Shown here piece after piece: positions 63,712 to 64,000 of a stretch of DNA of 64,000 nt; the stretch's first letter is position 1; every line of letters starts with the position of its first letter. Source of the stretch: the human T2T-CHM13v2.0 reference genome, Homo sapiens; assembly GCF_009914755.1 (NCBI RefSeq), contig NC_060933.1. One strand, 5' to 3'. The notes under the pieces were generated by a model. It was not told the origin of the DNA, searched no databases, and saw nothing but the letters and a program-made list of their open reading frames with translations. A program made the translations under genes and the position numbers.

Positions 63712-64000
63712 AAATAAAATCATGTCATAGGTGAAGTCCTTGTTTCTTCCCTTTTGTCTTCCTCTTTCTCTGTAATCTTTATTTCTTATGGCCTGTTTTT
63801 CTTTCTGGTATGGTTTGGTCTCACTTAACTCTCATATTTCTTTCTTAAGTGTAGATGTATTGTAACTTAAACAATGTTACTTTTTGGTCTTGATGGATGG
63901 CTCACACCTGTAATTCCAGCACTTTGGGAGGCTGAGGTGGGCAGATCACCTGAGGTTGGGAGTTCGAGACCAGCCTGACCAACATGGAGAAACCCCGTCT

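Overview
Primate, almost certainly human, genomic DNA. I recognise it as the RABEPK-HSPA5 locus of chr9q33.3; that placement comes from recognising the genes, not from a search. The window is extremely Alu-dense (roughly half of it by eye), and almost all ORFs in the supplied track are Alu translation artefacts. Real content: (1) a processed RPSA pseudogene (- strand, ~586-2234) hit by two later Alu insertions. (2) The complete RABEPK gene (+ strand): CpG-island promoter ~6.5-7.3 kb and 7 coding exons (9350-40297) that splice to 1119 nt = 372 aa kelch protein. (3) The complete HSPA5/BiP/GRP78 gene (- strand): 8 exons (47444-42910), 1965 nt = 654 aa ending KDEL, with TATA box, three ERSEs, CRE/ATF site, non-AUG uORFs and tandem polyA sites, converging tail-to-tail on RABEPK. 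(4) A probable divergent lncRNA first exon upstream of HSPA5. (5) About 15 kb of repeat-dominated intergenic DNA. I found no new gene system. The most unusual observations are small-scale: a ~90-100 bp non-Alu direct repeat bracketing the last two RABEPK exons, stop-free interchangeable one-blade kelch exons, a competing +4 donor at the RABEPK start exon, a 90-codon CUG-initiated ORF overlapping BiP, two templated micro-insertions inside Alus, and a very young AluYb8 next to the RABEPK promoter.
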